This document shows, in pieces, positions 1 to 15,209 of a DNA stretch of 64,000 nucleotides (position 1 is its first letter; each line of letters starts with the position of its first letter). The notes under the pieces were generated by a model. That model was given only the letters and a program-made list of their open reading frames with translations. It did not search any database and was not told where the DNA came from. Source of the DNA: Chrysomallon squamiferum (Eukaryota; Animalia; Mollusca). The stretch lies in assembly GCA_012295275.1 (NCBI GenBank), contig CM022672.1, forward strand, positions 28,954,001 through 29,018,000, written 5' to 3'. The translations under genes were made by a program, and so were the position numbers.

Positions 1-2609
1 TGAATAAACAAGTAAAAATAGCATAAAAAAACAAACAAAAAAAACAATCAAACAAAAACATATAAGTAAATAAATAGACAAATAAACAAATAAACAAAAA
101 AACCCAACAATAAACATCAACCAAAAAAATAAAAACCCAACAAAAACAAACATATAAATAAACAATTGAAATAAACAAAGAAAAAATATAATAAAGTGAA
201 ATGAGAGAAAGAAAGAAAAACGTAATAGTGTGTATGAGTGAAAGTGTATTGGGATTACATATTCTTTTTGTGGTTTTTTTACGAAAACAAACATGCATAC
301 ACATACATGAACTTATATACTTTTATACAAACACACACACAAAAAAAAAAATATTCACATATGCTATGAATGTAAGTACATCTACAAAATATAAATATAT
401 AATAAATAATAAATATTAGTACTATTTATATCTCAACATAATTATAAAAGTCAGTTTCAATAAAAAAAAATATTAACAATTTTAAACAATTTTAAATTGT
501 ATTTATTTTTTAATCGACTAATATTATTTATAAAATTAAAACAATATATATATTAATTAAATGTATATATATATATATATTACATTTAATTAAAATTTCA
601 AATATATTATTATAATGTTATTATTATTGTTGTTGTTGAATTTTTTGTCATTTTGTATGTTTGTAGGTTTGTGTTTTTTCTTTAACGATGTTATTTGTGT
701 GTAATTTAAAAAAAAAAATTTTTTAAGAACTATATCATTTCCACTTTGAAAAATAATTAGACTGTTAGTAACGTGTCAGAAAAACACTCTGCCTAAATAC
801 TGTCTAGCAGTAATTTATTATGTATACAGCAGTCAACTAGCTGTTCAAGTACGCTTGACATGGGACAGGTTCTGATTTGCTAAAGAGTTATGAACGAGTC
901 AGGTACACGTTCCTCGTAATCAACTGTTTCTATTTTCTTCTTGGAGCAGAAAGTTTGTGTACTCGGGAAGGAGGCAGAGAAACTATTATCTCAACTCCCA
1001 CTCCTTGACATTGTTCTTGCAAACTATTATCTAGACAACTGCTTCCAGATGATTCCATAAGAATCTCTCGCTGAAGCGACATTTGGGCAGAGTTAGCACG
1101 GGGAGTGAGATAAACAGAAGTCCCAATTACTGAAAACTGTAGGAAAACTTTTCTTTTTAGCTTGTTCCGGTTATTTCTTTGCCCTTTTCAAAAAGAAACA
1201 TAAAAGGTTTATCATAACAGTAGATGAATATAAAATTTCCCTATCAGTGATCACGAGGTATCGCAGTGCTGCTCACTTTGTCTAATTATGTTCTGTGGCT
1301 GCATTCATTGCTCTGCGTTTTATTAAGTGTTTCTGAAAAAAAAAAAAAAATCGCTTCTTACCCCAGTTCGCAAAACTATCTCGAGGCGGATTCAACTGCC
1401 AACATTTTCCACATGCGCGTTTCTGTTTAATCTATTATGAAATCATAAAAAAATAATAAATAAAAAAATAAAAAGATGAAGAAGAAAAAAGGCATTGTCA
1501 TTTGTAATAAAGTTTAAATGCTGATGTTATCATTAGTTTTCTGTTCTAGGATGCTGTAGTAAGATTGTTGTACTGAGAAAGAAAGAAAGTGAGAGAAAAA
1601 AAAAAAACGACAAGTATGTGTATATGCGTGTGTGCGTATGTGTGTTTAAATAAGTGTATGTTTTACAAATAAATCCAGGACTGTAGCTGTACTTCGAGTA
1701 ACCCCTGCAATAAGTGTGGTTTTACAAGATTTGTAAAACATGCGTTTTGACGAGAGACGTGTACGCGGAGATTCACAAATCTGAGCACAGCTTTACGGAA
1801 AAGCGTTCAAGAATAGCTGTAAAATTTACACCAGCCACGCAGCAGTATTTATTCTGGAATAAGTAGATACAGTTTCACCTTCTCTTTTACTTAACATCCT
1901 TTTGAGTGTTTCGAAAAATCAGGTACTGACAGGCCGCCGTCGTTAATGTGAAATCCGCCAGTTTCACGTGATTTACGTGTCGTCTGTCAACGCTTTGATG
2001 GGACTGAAAGTCGTTGAGCAAACACGCGCAATGCGCGTGCTTATGAGATACTGGCCAAAATGCGAGCTAAATATGGTATTTAATAGCCGAAGTGTTTACG
2101 GACAAGGAGAAAATGACTACGTGTTGACATGTCGTGCCGGGGGTTTCGTCTGAAAGCAGAGTTTAATTTTTCAAAGTGGAATTGAATTGTACGTTCTAAA
2201 TTGTTTTCAACTTCCATAAAGTCGTTCTGTCCTTACTTTAAAAACTTGTTTTTCTCTTTCTTTCTTTCGTTCTTGTTTTTTCTTTTCTTTCTCTTTTCTT
2301 TCTTTTTTTCTTTCTTTTTTTCTTGTTTTTCAAATAATTGTAATTGTTTGTAGGTTACGTCATTTGTATCATGAATAGACAAACACAATATTAGTTCTAA
2401 GAGAGCTTTGATTTTTTTTTTTTTTTTTTTTGAAAGTACAGAGTCGGTGTTTGACAATGAATTATAACTTTTAACAGACATTAAAATATAACTTAAAAAA
2501 ACATTTCTCAAATAAAAATATCTGTATTCATTACATAATGTTTAATTTATATGTATGAAATATTTATATCAATTTATCTTTTTTTCATCTCTTAAAATTA
2601 TACTTTATT

Positions 2610-2665
<56 letters not shown>

Positions 2666-2770
2666 TATTATTTGGATGTTTCTTTCCTTGTTGTTTAATC
2701 TTGCGCTCGACCTAAAAAAAGTAATTTGGATTATAAGTTGAGGATTATATTATGTAATATTTATTTGCAG

Positions 2771-2815
<45 letters not shown>

Positions 2816-4351
2816 TAAACACAATTAAAATTAGTTATTGTTCAGGTATTATTCAGATTTTGAGATTTTCATCAAATGAAGTTGACTCTGTCCAGTTTCC
2901 CTTCATTTAGGAACAAATAAATGAATTAATAATAATAAGAAGAAGAAGAAGAATCTTTTGGCATTTTGAAAAGATTTATCTTTACTTTTCTTTCCAAAGT
3001 TATTTATATATATATTTAGTTAGTTATTGTTATTACGATTCTATTTCTAATACCACATATACCACTTCTGCTACTACCACTACCACTTTTATTACCACTA
3101 CTATTAGTAGATTTAGTTTAGATTTATTTTAATTAATTGCTATTTTGCTTGTTTTTATTGTTTGTTTGTTTTGTGGGGGGGGTGTTTATTTTATTTTATT
3201 TTGTTTTTTGTTATTGTCATGGTTTGTTTTGGGATTGTTTTTCTTCTATTAATTTTTGTTGTTGTTGTAAATAACATATAAAATTAGGATCCTAGACATA
3301 GAGAGAGTTACGCATATGTGTGTGTGCGTGAGTGTATGTGTGTGTGGGTGTGGGTGTTTCCTTTAGTAAATAGTGTGATGAATTTATTATTGTAGGTTGC
3401 GCTGCTTAATGCCTTTAGAAGTGGTTAGTACAAGCATTTAACGCAGCAATGTTTGCTTGTTTTATGACAAGGCGCATGCTGTTTTAACGGTGCTCGGTGA
3501 TTTCAGGCTGCCGTTTTGTTTATTTATTTGTGTAAAATCGACTGCGCGATGTTCACTATTCCAGAACGATTCCACACAAGTATTTGTGCGCTGACATGAC
3601 TCGCTCGTATCGTGTCTGACAGATTCACAGATTAAAGAGTTCATCGCCGTTTTCTGAAAACAAAACTTTGTTACTGACGCGTTGCTGAAACAAAGCTGAG
3701 ATATCAGATACACTCTCTGTATCAGCCGTAAAACATTCTGTCGTTTTACCTTCTTCTTTCTTCTTACTGCTGTTGTGTTACTGTTTCTACTACTACTACC
3801 AACAACACTGCAACTACTGTTATTAGTACTGGAGTGCAGTTAAAACTTCTAATATACAATTAATTCTGATGAAAAAATAGATAATATTCATTTGTGTACG
3901 CGTTTCTGCGTGTAAATATTTTTTCTTAAAGAAGTGATAATTTCTGAAAAGTTTGAGGTCTGAAAAGTTTAGCGAATTAGTTTTCAAGAAACGTAAAAGA
4001 CATCATGTCATCAGATCATTAATATAAGACGCGATGTGAAAACCGACACCAAACTCCTCACATCTAGACGTTAATATGAAACCATTCTCATAATTACGTG
4101 CTGACAATTTCTGGCATATTTATGCGCTACAGAACCGGTTTACCGCACAAGAACTTGTCAAAGAAATCGACGTTCATTGAAAACATTACACGTATGCCAG
4201 GAATCTCTCTATGCGATAAAAATGGTCCTTTCTGAGATTAGAAGGTGAATTTAACAGTTCTTTATCAAAGTGTACGTTTCAAAAACTGAATTGGTTAGCA
4301 GATGGTAACATTTCTAAACATTATATATTTGTCTGTGTTCGTATGTATGTA

Positions 4352-4960
4352 CATGGTGTCTCAAAAGTAACCGAGCTGCGGTTAAATAAAATTAATTTAA
4401 AAAATAACAAATTTAATATCATCTTTTATGTAATTTTATGTTATCTTTTGTACTATTCATTTACTTCTGTCAATAGTAGTCTTTGGAATGATTTTTGTTA
4501 CCTGATTGTAGTGTTCTTCGTGATCGAGACTTCTGTTTTAGCGCGCGCTACTGGACTCTCCACGGTTTGACTTGAAATTTTACCCTCACTGTTAAAAATG
4601 CAGCGAACAACTTTAAATTTAAACGAATGGCCTGCAAGATCCCCGGATCTGACACCACCTGATTTCTTTCTATGGGTGGTTCTAAAAAACGCAGTTTATG
4701 CTAACAAACCTAGGACCATTGATCAACTGAAACAAAGTATTCAGCACTAATGGAACCAAATTTCAGTGGAAACTTGCCAGAAAGTATGTCACAGCGTTGT
4801 CAAAAGGTGTCGTGATTGTATTGACATTTTAATATCATCAAGGTGATTGTCCAAGGTTGACATTTTGAACATTTGTAAATACTAAATATACAGATTATAT
4901 TTGTTGTTTTTAATATCTAATTTTATTTAAGTTTGCGGTTCGGTTACTTTTGGGACACCA

Positions 4961-4962
<2 letters not shown>
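4352..4962 (+). mobile_element. Internally deleted, non-autonomous Tc1/mariner-superfamily DNA transposon
   Basis: Imperfect terminal inverted repeats: CATGGTGTCTCAAAAGTAACCGAGCTGC at 4352 versus the reverse complement of the right end, CATGGTGTCCCAAAAGTAACCGAACCGC. TA flanks both ends (4350-4351, 4963-4964). An internal remnant from 4628 translates WPARSPDLTPPDFFLWVVLKNAVYANKPRTIDQLKQSIQH*WNQI...HFEHL, the C-terminal motif of Tc1/mariner transposases, with stops. Confidence 0.9.
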
Positions 4963-5007
<45 letters not shown>

Positions 5008-5790
5008 CAAGTTCTGATTTGTCAAATTGTTATAAACGAGTCAGGTTCATAATATACATATATCAACCGCTTTTATTTTCTTGAAGCACGAAAAGACATA
5101 AATCGCAAACAATTACCAGGAGTTTTCATGTAAATTGTGTATTTTAAAATAACTTTTTTTTTTTTTTTTTTTCCGTGTGACTAATTCATTTTTGCATGAA
5201 AAGCTAAACCTTCTTCTTCCGGAAACAATAAACAGTTCTTTTCATCGGGCTGTAGCTTTAGTTAAAACAATTTCCGCGCTGATGATCATCTTAGTGGTTG
5301 CAAAGTCGTCCTTATTAACACATTCACTGCTCATGCGCCAACAAGTACACCATTCCGGATTCGTTCTTTGTGTGAATACCACTGACTTATCGACTGATTG
5401 TTAAGCCGATTACTTTCATTATTCTTCAGAATACGAATCCCAGATAGAATAAGAAAGCTACAGAAGGTTAACCATCGATAATTACTTTGGATATTGTCAT
5501 TATAAACAGATACATTTATTTTAATTGTTGAATTCAGTTAGAAGAAGGTTTTAGTATGCATAGGTGAAAAATCCTCCGTGTTACCTTTATTATTTTATAT
5601 AAGACTTTCTCTAAACGTCTTTTCAAATGGTATCACATTAGCATTCATCAGTTTCAAGAAGAAAAACCACTAAATTTGTTATTGGAAAGGTAGTGAATTA
5701 GTAAAAAGTTCGTGTTTATGAAAAAGTGATTTCCTGAGTGACGTGCTTAAAATATATAATCTTTCTCTCACACACACATTCACTCTGTGT

Positions 5791-5833
<43 letters not shown>

Positions 5834-6746
5834 CATTGGGTGGGGTTGTTGGGAGGAATCTGCTGGAACGGGAAATATCCAGATGAAAAGGTTTAATAAT
5901 AGGCGTATGGGAGGTAATGGAAGATAACTGACATGTTTCACTGTGCGGAATGTCTAGTACTAGAACCGTCTGACGTTTGAAGAGAACAGTTCACATATAC
6001 ACGTGAACCACCCACGTCTAAGTAAACACTTTTCTTTTGAAAACAAGTGAAAAAAAAAAATAAACGAATATTAATAATAAAACAAACATTTGTAAAAAAA
6101 AAAAATAATAATAATAATAATAAAAAAAACATGGTTATGAAAAAGTAAACAACAGAAATTCAGCACTTTATATTTTCGTACATATCTTTCTTCATTTGTA
6201 ATTTCTGTAATACATGTGACACATTACTATGTATAATAACCAGTTTATCTCTGCCCTCTGTGTATGACATGTGCGTATTGTTCTCACAAAGCTATGTTTT
6301 TCAGAAAGCGATGTGTTATCTTGCTGATCACTTCATATTGACCAGTTTAATTAAGCTTGTATCTCTAGAAAGCGAAGAGAAACCGCGATGTGATTAACCC
6401 CAACAACAGGTGCATGCATTTTGTTTTGAAGTTTAATGGATTACAGAGTTCGCAGCAAAACACACGCTGGCAACAATTTCCAACGTTGTTTTAATCAGCT
6501 GTTTTATTTGATAAACTCTGTTTTGTCACTTACATTTACTACGTACAACACACACGTATCATGTTAGTTTCATACTAAGTGTCACCATTAAATATCAAGT
6601 GTGCTGTATTTAGCTGAATTTAAAATATTTGTGTGTGTTAATGACACTTTTGTTTCTCAGAAACTGAGTGAAGTATTTTTTACGATAAACAATTTTAACT
6701 TAATTTTGAATTATTATTATTTTGAATTATTTTTACCCTTTTTATT

Positions 6747-6946
6747 ATCATAGTGGTGAAAATATATTTAACTATAGCAACCAAAGTTATAAAGCCAAAG
6801 TCTTATTAATTATATGTCTGTTGTTAAATTGGATGGATTGTAACTTGACGACTTTGGCTTTATAACTTTTATTGCTATAATTAAATATATTTTATTTTAA
6901 TCTGTTTATGGCATGTCTAAGCGAGGCGTTTTTCCCCACTATGATA
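6747..6946. repeat. Nested inverted repeat / MITE-like hairpin
   Basis: Inner arms about 6759-6802 (AAAATATATTTAACTATAGCAACCAAAGTTATAAAGCCAAAGTC) and 6850-6893 (GACTTTGGCTTTATAACTTTTATTGCTATAATTAAATATATTTT). Outer arms ATCATAGTGGTGAAAA and TTTTCCCCACTATGAT. Confidence 0.75.
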
Positions 6947-7050
6947 TTATTATAGATTGTTGTTAAAAATAATCAAATTTAAAACGTGTCTCTGTTTGGT
7001 TTTATTTTATTTTATTTTTGTTTTGTTAACTCTTTGAGTAGTGACGGGTC

Positions 7051-7177
<127 letters not shown>

Positions 7178-8166
7178 GTGAGTGAGTGAGTGTATTAACT
7201 GATTTAGATAAAACAGGCGTGATTAAGTAAATCGCGGCATATGGCTGGTACAATTCCCTGAGTTTTCATTTCTTCTTGCTCGGTTTTCTTCTGTTTTCAA
7301 GGATCTAAATTCAGGAGATTAGTCTGCCCGCTATCGTGTCTTCGTCAGCTTGGGTAATTCATTAAAACTTCTGTTGTCCATTGCCTGCCAGTAATACTTT
7401 ACTGCCGCCTCTCCGTATAATACTTCACATTCTGACGTTTAGTACGGAAATTAATATCGTTTAAGAGTCCAAACAAAGAGTCAATCGAAACACAGTTGTC
7501 TTTCAATAACGGAAAACCGACTACAAGCTTTTGAATATTAATAAAGCGTCTGGGGAAACGTTAACAATTAGCATCTTTTTCCGTTCAGCGAGCATTCTCA
7601 CGAACGACCAAATATGTTTTGTGTGAAAGAAGAAAATTTATTATTTCCTTAAGCTTATTTTCTTTCCTGATTATTCTTTCATAGGCGGGGAGATTATTGT
7701 TCGATTGTGTTCTAACATTTCTTTCACCTTTCTCCGTGTACGTTTCTTTCTTTTCTCGCTTTGTAAATTAATCAATTGAGGACGAACAGTATTTCCTTGA
7801 TATTCTTAAACTTCACGTTGTTATACAAACGACTGAGTTTAATGTTATTACTTTTCAAAATGGTACAAATGTTTCCTTAACTTTCATACGTGGGGAAAAA
7901 GAAAGTAAAATGCCATCTGCATTCAGATCATGATTAAAGACATTTTGTCATAATATCTGAAATAACAGAATTTATTTTTTTATATAGTTTAGCAATACCT
8001 AGCTAGTAATTAGAGTTGGATAAAATTTTACGTAACCGTTCAGGAAACCTTGGTTAAAATTATTTAGCATAATTGAATCATACGTTGTTAATTTTTTGTA
8101 TCATAGTTCAGGATGCACAATTAAACGTATTACAATAACAATAATAATAATAATAACAACAACAAC

Positions 8167-8202
<36 letters not shown>

Positions 8203-8744
8203 TATAATGTAATAAAATAATAATATTAAGAATTAAAATAAAAAATAAATAATTAATTAAATAAATACTTAGTTAAATTTTATATAATAGATTCGTAAAC
8301 TCTTATTAATATTTTATATCATAGTTTGGTAACATACTGTTAAAGTTTGATTTTACTGTTTAAATAATAATACAGTTCTACATCTTATTACATAAGTTTG
8401 TATACAATACTTTGTGTGTGTGTGAGAGAGAGAGAGAATTTTTAGAAAGATTATTTTACAATAATTATCATCTTATATAATTAGTAAATCTGTTTAATTT
8501 ACGAAATATTAAAAAAAATAAAAGTAAGCAAATAAATAATTAATAAATAACTAAATAAATAAACATTTAAAAAAAAGAATAATAATAATAATAAAAATAA
8601 AATAAAATAAAAAATTTCGTATTTTTACATATAATAAATAGACTGGATTAAGTCAATTTGATTCAAAGTACCGCATTAGAGAGATCATTTTTTTTGTTAA
8701 ATTGTTACTTTTTCTGCCAGTTATTTTGCCACTCTGTGTGTGTA

Positions 8745-8790
<46 letters not shown>

Positions 8791-8799
8791 TACACACAC

Positions 8800-8851
<52 letters not shown>

Positions 8852-10629
8852 GTGTTTTAATTGTGGGTTAGTTCCACAAATTCCATGTGTTTAGCTGATT
8901 TCGTGCGCAATAAATCATCTACGCGCAATCTGCGCTGAGTGGAGGAGAGTCGTTAATTGAAAATAATCAACATTATAAAATAACCCGGGTAAAACAGTCC
9001 ACATCCTTGTCATTTCCATCTGTGTGGTTCCAGTGTTGTGAAAATATTAAGTGTTTAATTCAGAGGAAAGTGGTCTTTTAATCTCAGCCATTTCGGTGGA
9101 GAGGACTTTGTTACTGGTTTAGTATCGGAGACTCTAAAGTTGGCGAGCCAAACGAATACATTTGATTGTCGTTAATTTTAAACGACTTGTGTCAACAGTC
9201 TGCTCAATCAGCGGTTAAGAAATACACGATAATAAACTGATAAATAGTTTGTTATTACACAGGAGCATTATTCCGCCAAAAAGTAGTAGTAGTAGTAGTA
9301 GTAGTAGTAATAATAATAATGATTATGGTGATGATAAAAATAAATAAATAAATATTAAAACATTAAAAGTTTCTTTATAAAACGGCTGTTATCTCACAAC
9401 GGTTTGTGCATTTAAAATGACTGAAAACATTAATCTTACATCCATAGATAAACCATGATTTTAGTTCCTTTATTGTTTTACTATGTCAGTTCTTCTCGCA
9501 GAAACATTACTTCAACGAGATAATATTCTGTCACGTGATTTAGGAAAAACGTGATGAATTCATAATAATAAGACTTCAAATTTTGTATTTACTATTTCCG
9601 GTTTGAGACGGTTTACATGGCAATAACATCACTGGTTTGTTAAAAAATTATTCAGCCGTTTATCCACTAAATCTCTGATTCGGTCATATCTTTGATTTTA
9701 GTTTTACATAGTGTTCTTTAACCATTGATAACAACCTTAACATCACCAATAAATATATTAAGAAGAAGAACACACACAATAAATAAATAAATAAATAAAA
9801 ATAAAAAGGAAGAAAAGAAAAGAAATTAATAATAAAAATGCCACTGCACCCCTATATTCACAACAATCGATAAAATCGGAATCCTTTTAGTGACCTACAT
9901 TGTGACGTAATAAACAAAACGACAGCAATGTCGTCTGTTTCATTACAAGCCTTTTAGAGGTAAAAGATTCAGACGATTTCGGAGTGTGATTTTGTTTTAT
10001 TTAAAGCACATATACTCCGTTTCATTTATTTATTATTTTGTTAATGAAATATGAAAAATAAAAGTTCAGGAAAAAATAAAAGAAAGAATAAACAAAACAA
10101 CTAAAACTAATTTAGAACTTTTTCTCTGTAAGCCGCGCGTGCCAGTCATGCGCAAATTAGTCAACATTGTTTTATGTCGCATGTCAAATCGCAGCGGCTG
10201 GAATAAAAACTGGTCATTGACCTCACAAAACATTTATATAATTATAATAATAACAACGATTTGCTTGGTTTGTAAATATTGTTTCTCGGTGGAGGTTATT
10301 TTTTAAATTTTATTTTTATTATTTTGCTGTTATTGTTAATTTAAATTTCCCCTAGTTACTTAATTTATGCCACACCCCACGATAATCAGATTAATAATAA
10401 TAATAATAAAACAACAGTAAAAGTATATATGTATGTATAAATTCAAAATAAATTTAATAAATTATAATAAAACAATATAATACAAAATTCTATACAAGTT
10501 CATCAAAATAAAGAAATAGTTCACACTTCAAATATATGAATATGAATGCATGTTTACATTCACTCACGCATAATAAAGTTTACATATGTAACGGATAAAA
10601 GAAAACAAATAAAATAAAATACGAAAAAA

Positions 10630-10699
<70 letters not shown>

Positions 10700-11894
10700 G
10701 AAATAATAATAATATAAAAAAACTCCTTAAAATAAAAACTGAAAATTTCTGTTGGTAAGAGCCTGTGTACTTATGTTTATTTCAATTACGTGTGTTTGTC
10801 TAGACGGTGTAAACAGTAGTTTGCAGGATGTGAACATATGTTGAAGAGCCTGTCAATAAACGAAGACATCATTATCCAGTTAGGAGGATTACCGTAACCC
10901 GAAAATTATCCCCATTATCCGAATTAAGACTCGATAACCAAGGTAAACTATAACGTCAGAAACAATTAGAAGTAAAATGACAACACATATTTGTTCTGTT
11001 TATTTATCCTGTAGTTTTATCTATCAATATACAGTTAGATCAAACTATACGATAAATAGAGGACATAATATGCGCATATTTTATCTTCTAATAGGTTTAA
11101 CTGTACGTTTGAGAAATATGATTTTGACATGGGATTTTTAGTAAATATGAAACAACTGTAAGTGAAGTTTATTATTTATTGTTATTTTTAAGTATGCGTT
11201 ATGTCAAGTCTACTGCACAGCAAAAATCTGAGGGTACTACGTACAAAGGATTGGTTAAGTGCTTACTTTATTGTAATTTATCTAACTTAACCAGATGTGA
11301 GATGTCATTGCTCTTGTCTAGAATGTAGTTTAATTGTCACAGATAGCACCATTTCAACAGCTGCGTGCGAGATCTTCTCCAGCAGCGACAACGTTGTCAA
11401 CCGCCATCAAACAGAGACTGTCGCATTTGTTGTGCAAATAGAGCACAGCGTATTGTAACATTGCGAGATAAAACAGCAGATTAACGTTTTACCGCAGATC
11501 ACTCACCGACCTCAGAAACAACGACACTGACATGACGCGACATCTTCAACAACCTCTTCATCAGCGTTAGGAAACCAGAACATCGTTCATGCCGCTGCTC
11601 CAGTTAACAGAAAATAATGTGCACACCGAAAAGGCATATGTTCCCCAATTTGGGTACGGTTACATTAATGATAGTTATTGACCGAAAATATGAAAAAAAA
11701 AAAAAAAAAAAAAAAGTTAAAATATAAACACAAAAAAACCCATTGTAAATTACAAATATAAAACAAAATTTCACAACAGTGCAAAAAAATAATCGGTTAT
11801 AAAATCTTAATATAAAAAAAACCCCACAACAACAATTAAAATAAAAAAATAATAAGAAGAAGAAGAAGAAGAAGAAGAAGAAAGAAAGAAAGAA

Positions 11895-12520
11895 TGACAG
11901 AAAGAAAGAAAAAGAAAAAGAGGGGGAAAAAAAAACAAAATGACTGTCACAACAGTACATTATATATCAAATTCGACGACAAATGTTTATTAGGTTTGAT
12001 AAACGAATATACAACGCACTTGGAAATCGGTAGAGATACACAAGCTTATAATATATTTAGTAATAGTAGCAGCATTACAAATATAGTTTTTGATAGTTCG
12101 AATAAGAAAATTCTTAATATTCAGAAATATGAACTCTAAACAGTTACACAAATATCAAATTTAAGGTTTATCTAACAGTCTGTCACTGTTAACTATTCGT
12201 CTGTCAGTATATAACTCAAAAAAAAAAAAAAAAAAAAAAAAAAAACTGAGAGAGAAAAAAGCAAGCTTAATAACATATATATTGACTTAAAAGTTCAATA
12301 GTGCATGCTGTGTTTATGTTATTGCAACACTTGCTCCGAAGTGCAGTGAGTCTAATTTTAAGTGACCTTACTCATATATACGTCATCACTATGTCACGTC
12401 CATTGTCAGAGCGTCTGCTGTGCTCTTACATTGTCAGCTAACTGTTAACCCCGTCACACGAAATACCTACCTTGTAAACTCAGGACAGCAAGCACTGCAG
12501 CTAGACCACACACACACAGA

Positions 12521-12579
<59 letters not shown>

Positions 12580-12621
12580 CACACACACACACACACACAA
12601 ACACACCCTCACAGACACACA

Positions 12622-12662
<41 letters not shown>

Positions 12663-12757
12663 AAACGTGCACACCCTCGAACGTAAACCCATATTCATAT
12701 ATTAAAAACTGAATTTGAAACAGAATTTTAAAAATGTAGATTTGAGAATGTATGTGA

Positions 12758-12805
<48 letters not shown>

Positions 12806-12943
12806 ATATGCTTCCTTATATCTCTACCGATTTCCAAGTGCGTTTTATATTCGTTTATCAAACTTAATAAACATTTGTCGTCGAATTTGATATGTAATGT
12901 ACTTTTATGACTTTAAATCTTTTTTCCCCCTCTTTTTCTGTCA
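11895..12943. mobile_element. Foldback / long-TIR element (about 1.05 kb) upstream of the NK3 gene
   Basis: 11895-12046 and 12810-12943 are near-identical inverted copies, e.g. ATCAAATTCGACGACAAATGTTTATTAGGTTTGATAAACGAATATACAACGCACTTGGAAATCGGTAGAGATA and its reverse complement. The interior holds poly-A and (CA)n/(TG)n tracts and no transposase. Confidence 0.7.
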
Positions 12944-12957
12944 GTACATATATATAA

Positions 12958-12995
<38 letters not shown>

Positions 12996-14011
12996 ACTAT
13001 TATGTATATATGTTTGTATGTATGCATGTATGAATTTATTTACTAATATAATTTGGTAAAAACCAGTGTATCCATTTACTCATGTACGTATCCTGCATTT
13101 TACGAGATATTAAAAATATTAACACCGTCAAGTTCGTAAATTAATAATTTACTGTAAACCTGCTTTTCTTTTTATGTAATAAATACAAAATTGTTTTCAG
13201 ATTTGTTTTTAATGTTTTTATAATATTTGACATTTATTAAAAATATATATCAACAATTCTATCTATAAAGTATTTGCCTGTCTGTCTGTCTGTCTATCTC
13301 TGCATTTATATTTAAGTCTGTAATCTGTCTTTCTAATTCATACATATAAACATGTTTTGGTATTTTTAAAAGACAACAGAAACAAAAACAAGAGAATAAA
13401 TAAATTAATTAATTAATTAATTAATAGTTATTTAATTTTGTGTCTAGCCTCCCATTTACTCATGTATCCACTTATATATTTTATTAAACTACGTTTCAAG
13501 ATATGTTTTCATCTGTGTTTTACAAGTACATAACACTTGATTTATCATGTTCATAAAGGGTTTGAGTTTCGTTAGAAATGATAGATGCTAGTTCTTTACA
13601 AAACAAATTACCAAAGAAGTAGGAAAAAAGAAGAAAATAAAAATGCACCAAAAAGAAAGTCATAAAATGCGTGTGGCACTGGTTATTCAAAGCCTTGTTT
13701 CCAAATGTTTTTTCCATATGGCCCACTGTCAGTGGGTTTTCTCATATACCTGTCAATCAGCAGTGGCACGGAATGAAAACGCGTTTCACACAGGCAATCA
13801 AAGTTCAGACAAAACGTTCACAGTAGCAAGCCACGCCTATTCGATTTGAAGTCATGTAAAAGTTATGAAGATCAATAAACATCATTTAAACAGCAAACAT
13901 TTATAAACGGTTGGATTAGATCACTGAAAAAGAGGAGTTCCCAGGAAATTCGAGAAAATATTTTAACAGTTTTTTGAGATTTAACCGAGCAGATAGTTTT
14001 TTGATGTAATA

Positions 14012-15049
14012 ATGAGCTGTAAGCCGCAGTCGTGTTTATTATCATTTTCAATAGACAATATCCTCACAGGCCGCGTCGACAGGAAAGTGAAACATGACCT
14101 GTCACTTTCCTCTCAAAACGACGAAATCTGTCGGACAAACACAAAAAGAATTTTCAAAAACTTTCAAAATAAGAAAGATCTGAAGGGGGAGCATTCTGAA
14201 ATTTTTATAGAAAATAACAAAAATCTGGAAGCTTTAGCCAATGTTTCTGAGAATTTGTGTCGGCGTGGAATCGTAGGTGATGTAAATTATTCAGAGCAGT
14301 TAGTCAGTGAAACTGCGACATCACCGACATCAGAATCAGAGGAAACACAAAGCGACTCGTTTGATTTGGACCACACCCTGGACAGGGGTACCACCCCGCG
14401 GATAACCAGCCACTCCGAGGCTAACTCAGGTATGTAGATTTGAAATGAACGTGCAACTTGTCAATAACTCACATTATTATATATCAGGTTAAATCGTGAA
14501 TATAATACACGGCTTTTGGGAATCAGAAATAACTGAAATATAATCTGAATGTCTAGTTATTGAATTTGACATCTGAAAAAAAAAGTATATATATGTATAT
14601 AGCATATATCTTTTTTTAGACAGAAACAGAAAGGGAAAACAAATAAAGCAGCATTAGAAAAATAAGAAGTACAGTGAAATAGAAGAGAATAGGTTAAAAT
14701 AAAATAAATTTAAAATTTAAAAATTATTTCTGTAAATATAAAAACTATTTTACATTTATTTCACCAAGCATTTTTAAAGTTTTAAATGTCAGTATACAAC
14801 ACACTTTTATTCTGTCTTAGAAATACAAAGATTTATATAAATATTATTTTTTATTATTATATATTATGATTCATTTTATTGTATATATATATATGTCAAA
14901 AATAGACTTTTAAGTGAAGAAAGTTATAATAACTGTATTCTTTACTGGAGAAATGTTGGTATAGTAACTGTATTTATTAGATTATTTATTTTAGAAAGGT
15001 AATAACTCTTCTGTGATGTCGAAACATAATTTTCGCTTGCTCATACTTA

Positions 15050-15092
<43 letters not shown>

Positions 15093-15177
15093 GTAGTTGT
15101 TGTTGTCGTAGCTGTTCTTGTTATTGTTTTGGTTATTGTTGTTGGTATTATTATTGTTATTATTATTATTATTGTTG

Positions 15178-15209
<32 letters not shown>

